Positions 63,153-64,000 of a stretch of DNA of 64,000 nucleotides are shown piece after piece. This DNA is from Deltaproteobacteria bacterium (GTDB taxonomy: Bacteria; Myxococcota_A; Polyangia; Nannocystales; Nannocystaceae): positions 1,413,414-1,477,413 of the forward strand of contig JADJRA010000001.1 of assembly GCA_016712475.1 (NCBI GenBank), written 5' to 3'. Every line of letters starts with the position of its first letter. Position 1 is the stretch's first letter. The notes under the pieces are model-generated. The model saw nothing but the letters and a program-made list of their open reading frames with translations. It had not been told where the DNA came from and did not search any database. The position numbers were made by a program, and so were the translations under genes.

Positions 63153-64000
63153 AGGATCACTCGTACGCCGCCGAGGGTCTCGATCTGATGCGGGAAGCGG
63201 TCGCCCGGCGTGCTGATGAACATGTAGTTCTTCGGCACCGACAAGGTCTGCGACAGCACCTCGATCATCTCGGGCGTGAAGGTGCCCTCCACCGCCACGA
63301 AGTCGATGCGGATCTGCGGATACAGGTGATCGATGCGCGCGAGGTCCTCGCCGAGGTTGGGCGGTGGCTCACCGCCGGGCGCGAAGACGTGCACCACGAT
63401 CATGCGCGTGGTCTGCTCGTTCTCCAGCACGTACTGCACCGCACGGTTGAGCTGCGCGGGGCTGTCGCCCTTGGTGAAGTAGATGATCGATCGACTGTTG
63501 ATGTGATCGATCGCGCCACGCACGCTGGTGCCGACCCACTCGTTCAGCCGCCGTAGGCCGTCGATCAACGAGCGCGTGGCCGACAGCGCCGCACGCATCA
63601 GCACGACCCGCAGGAACATCACGGCCACGATGCCCGCGGCCGAGAAGAAGTAGATCGCGAACACTCGGATGTTCTCGGGCGACAGCAACAGGTTGCCGAG
63701 CAAGCCCACCAGCACGGCGATGAGCGCGACGCTCACCGCCAGCCAACTCGCCCGGATGTCGCGCGGCAGGCGTGCGCGCTTGCTCTTGAGCAACATGTTG
63801 CCGATGGCGAACAGCGCCATCACGCACAGGAACGAGATCGTGTAGACACCGGCCAGCACCTCCACGTCGCCCGCAGTTGCCGCGAGGATCGAGCAACACA
63901 CCGCGCAGAAGCCGATGATGATCCAGTGGTTGGTCTTGCGCAGCTCGTTCTCCCGCAGCAACACCTGCGGTAGGCAGCGATCGAGGCTCATCCGCCGCAC
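63149..64000 (-). CDS. Polytopic membrane protein with a C-terminal cytoplasmic domain; N-terminus beyond the window; translationally coupled to the giant helicase gene
   Basis: Open to the window edge; about 4 TM helices (WIIIGFCAVCCSILAATAG..., LAVSVALIAVLVGLLGNLLL...) then a soluble domain ...IIYFTKGDSPAQLNRAVQYVLENEQTTRMIVVHVF...; stop TGA at 63149-63151 overlaps the GTG of 57420..63152. Confidence 0.5.
   Translation of the reverse strand: MRRMSLDRCLPQVLLRENELRKTNHWIIIGFCAVCCSILAATAGDVEVLAGVYTISFLCVMALFAIGNMLLKSKRARLPRDIRASWLAVSVALIAVLVGLLGNLLLSPENIRVFAIYFFSAAGIVAVMFLRVVLMRAALSATRSLIDGLRRLNEWVGTSVRGAIDHINSRSIIYFTKGDSPAQLNRAVQYVLENEQTTRMIVVHVFAPGGEPPPNLGEDLARIDHLYPQIRIDFVAVEGTFTPEMIEVLSQTLSVPKNYMFISTPGDRFPHQIETLGGVRVIL

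Noticed and set aside
57291-63188. Very long plus-strand ORFs 57291..59297 (668 aa) and 59370..63188 (1272 aa), plus minus-strand ORFs 57886..59406, 59533..60651 and others
   Set aside because: Antisense or off-frame to the 1910-aa helicase gene, whose SF1 motifs are unambiguous; these translations are Arg/Ala/Gly/Leu-rich with no motifs. This is the classic GC-rich antisense-ORF artefact
1-64000. CRISPR arrays, rRNA genes, additional tRNAs, integrases or phage structural genes
   Set aside because: Looked for regularly spaced short repeats, rRNA-like conserved stretches, and integrase or capsid-like translations. Only the one tRNA-Arg and the IS elements were found

Overview
This window is a 64-kb piece of a very GC-rich (~70%) bacterial chromosome. 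A MYXO-CTERM-like sorting tail, many Ser/Thr kinases, a bactofilin, an Oar-like TonB-dependent receptor and numerous lipoproteins together suggest Myxococcales (inference from sequence features only, no search was run). Because of the GC content every frame carries long spurious ORFs, so genes were called only where the translation looks protein-like: low Arg/Ala/Pro junk, recognisable family motifs, signal peptides or lipoboxes.

Layout from left to right:
- 1-2.3 kb: the C-terminus of a BNR/Asp-box protein and a lipoprotein with three LDL-receptor class A modules.
- 2.3-10.3 kb, minus strand: an operon tonB-exbB-exbD-exbD-TonB-dependent receptor-lipoprotein-lipoprotein.
- 10.3-22.5 kb: a divergent OmpR-type response regulator, a frameshifted LamG/Cys-rich secreted protein, lipoproteins, an Hsp70-like protein, an MBL-fold hydrolase, a Ser/Thr kinase, aroA, a RumA-like methyltransferase, a bactofilin and a lipoprotein.
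- ~23.2-34.7 kb: a markedly lower-GC (~50-58%) island. It carries three tandem paralogous small Cys-rich secreted proteins (C-terminal LCCG motif), a complete IS66-family element with a frameshifted tnpC, a subtilisin followed by a lipoprotein, two tandem paralogous Cys-rich lipoproteins, and an IS3-family element with an A-AAA-AAA slippery site.
- 35-46.5 kb: a MYXO-CTERM zinc metalloprotease, boxC-boxB (benzoyl-CoA epoxide pathway), a TSP3-repeat lipoprotein, bfr and bfd with an AT-rich palindromic operator candidate and a 22-bp x4 tandem repeat, a membrane-anchored subtilase, a Cys-rich repeat protein, and tRNA-Arg(UCG).
- 46.5-57.3 kb: a lipoprotein, a Ser/Thr kinase with a beta-propeller region that is translationally coupled to an ECF sigma factor, a VWA lipoprotein, a P-type ATPase and a small hypothetical protein.
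- 57.4-64 kb: a 1910-aa multidomain protein (M48-like peptidase, TerB-like domain, DUF4011-like region, Upf1-like SF1 helicase, endonuclease-like C-terminus) whose GTG start overlaps by 4 nt the stop of an upstream membrane protein.

The strongest novelty candidates are the low-GC island of duplicated Cys-rich secreted proteins and the giant peptidase-helicase-nuclease fusion protein.
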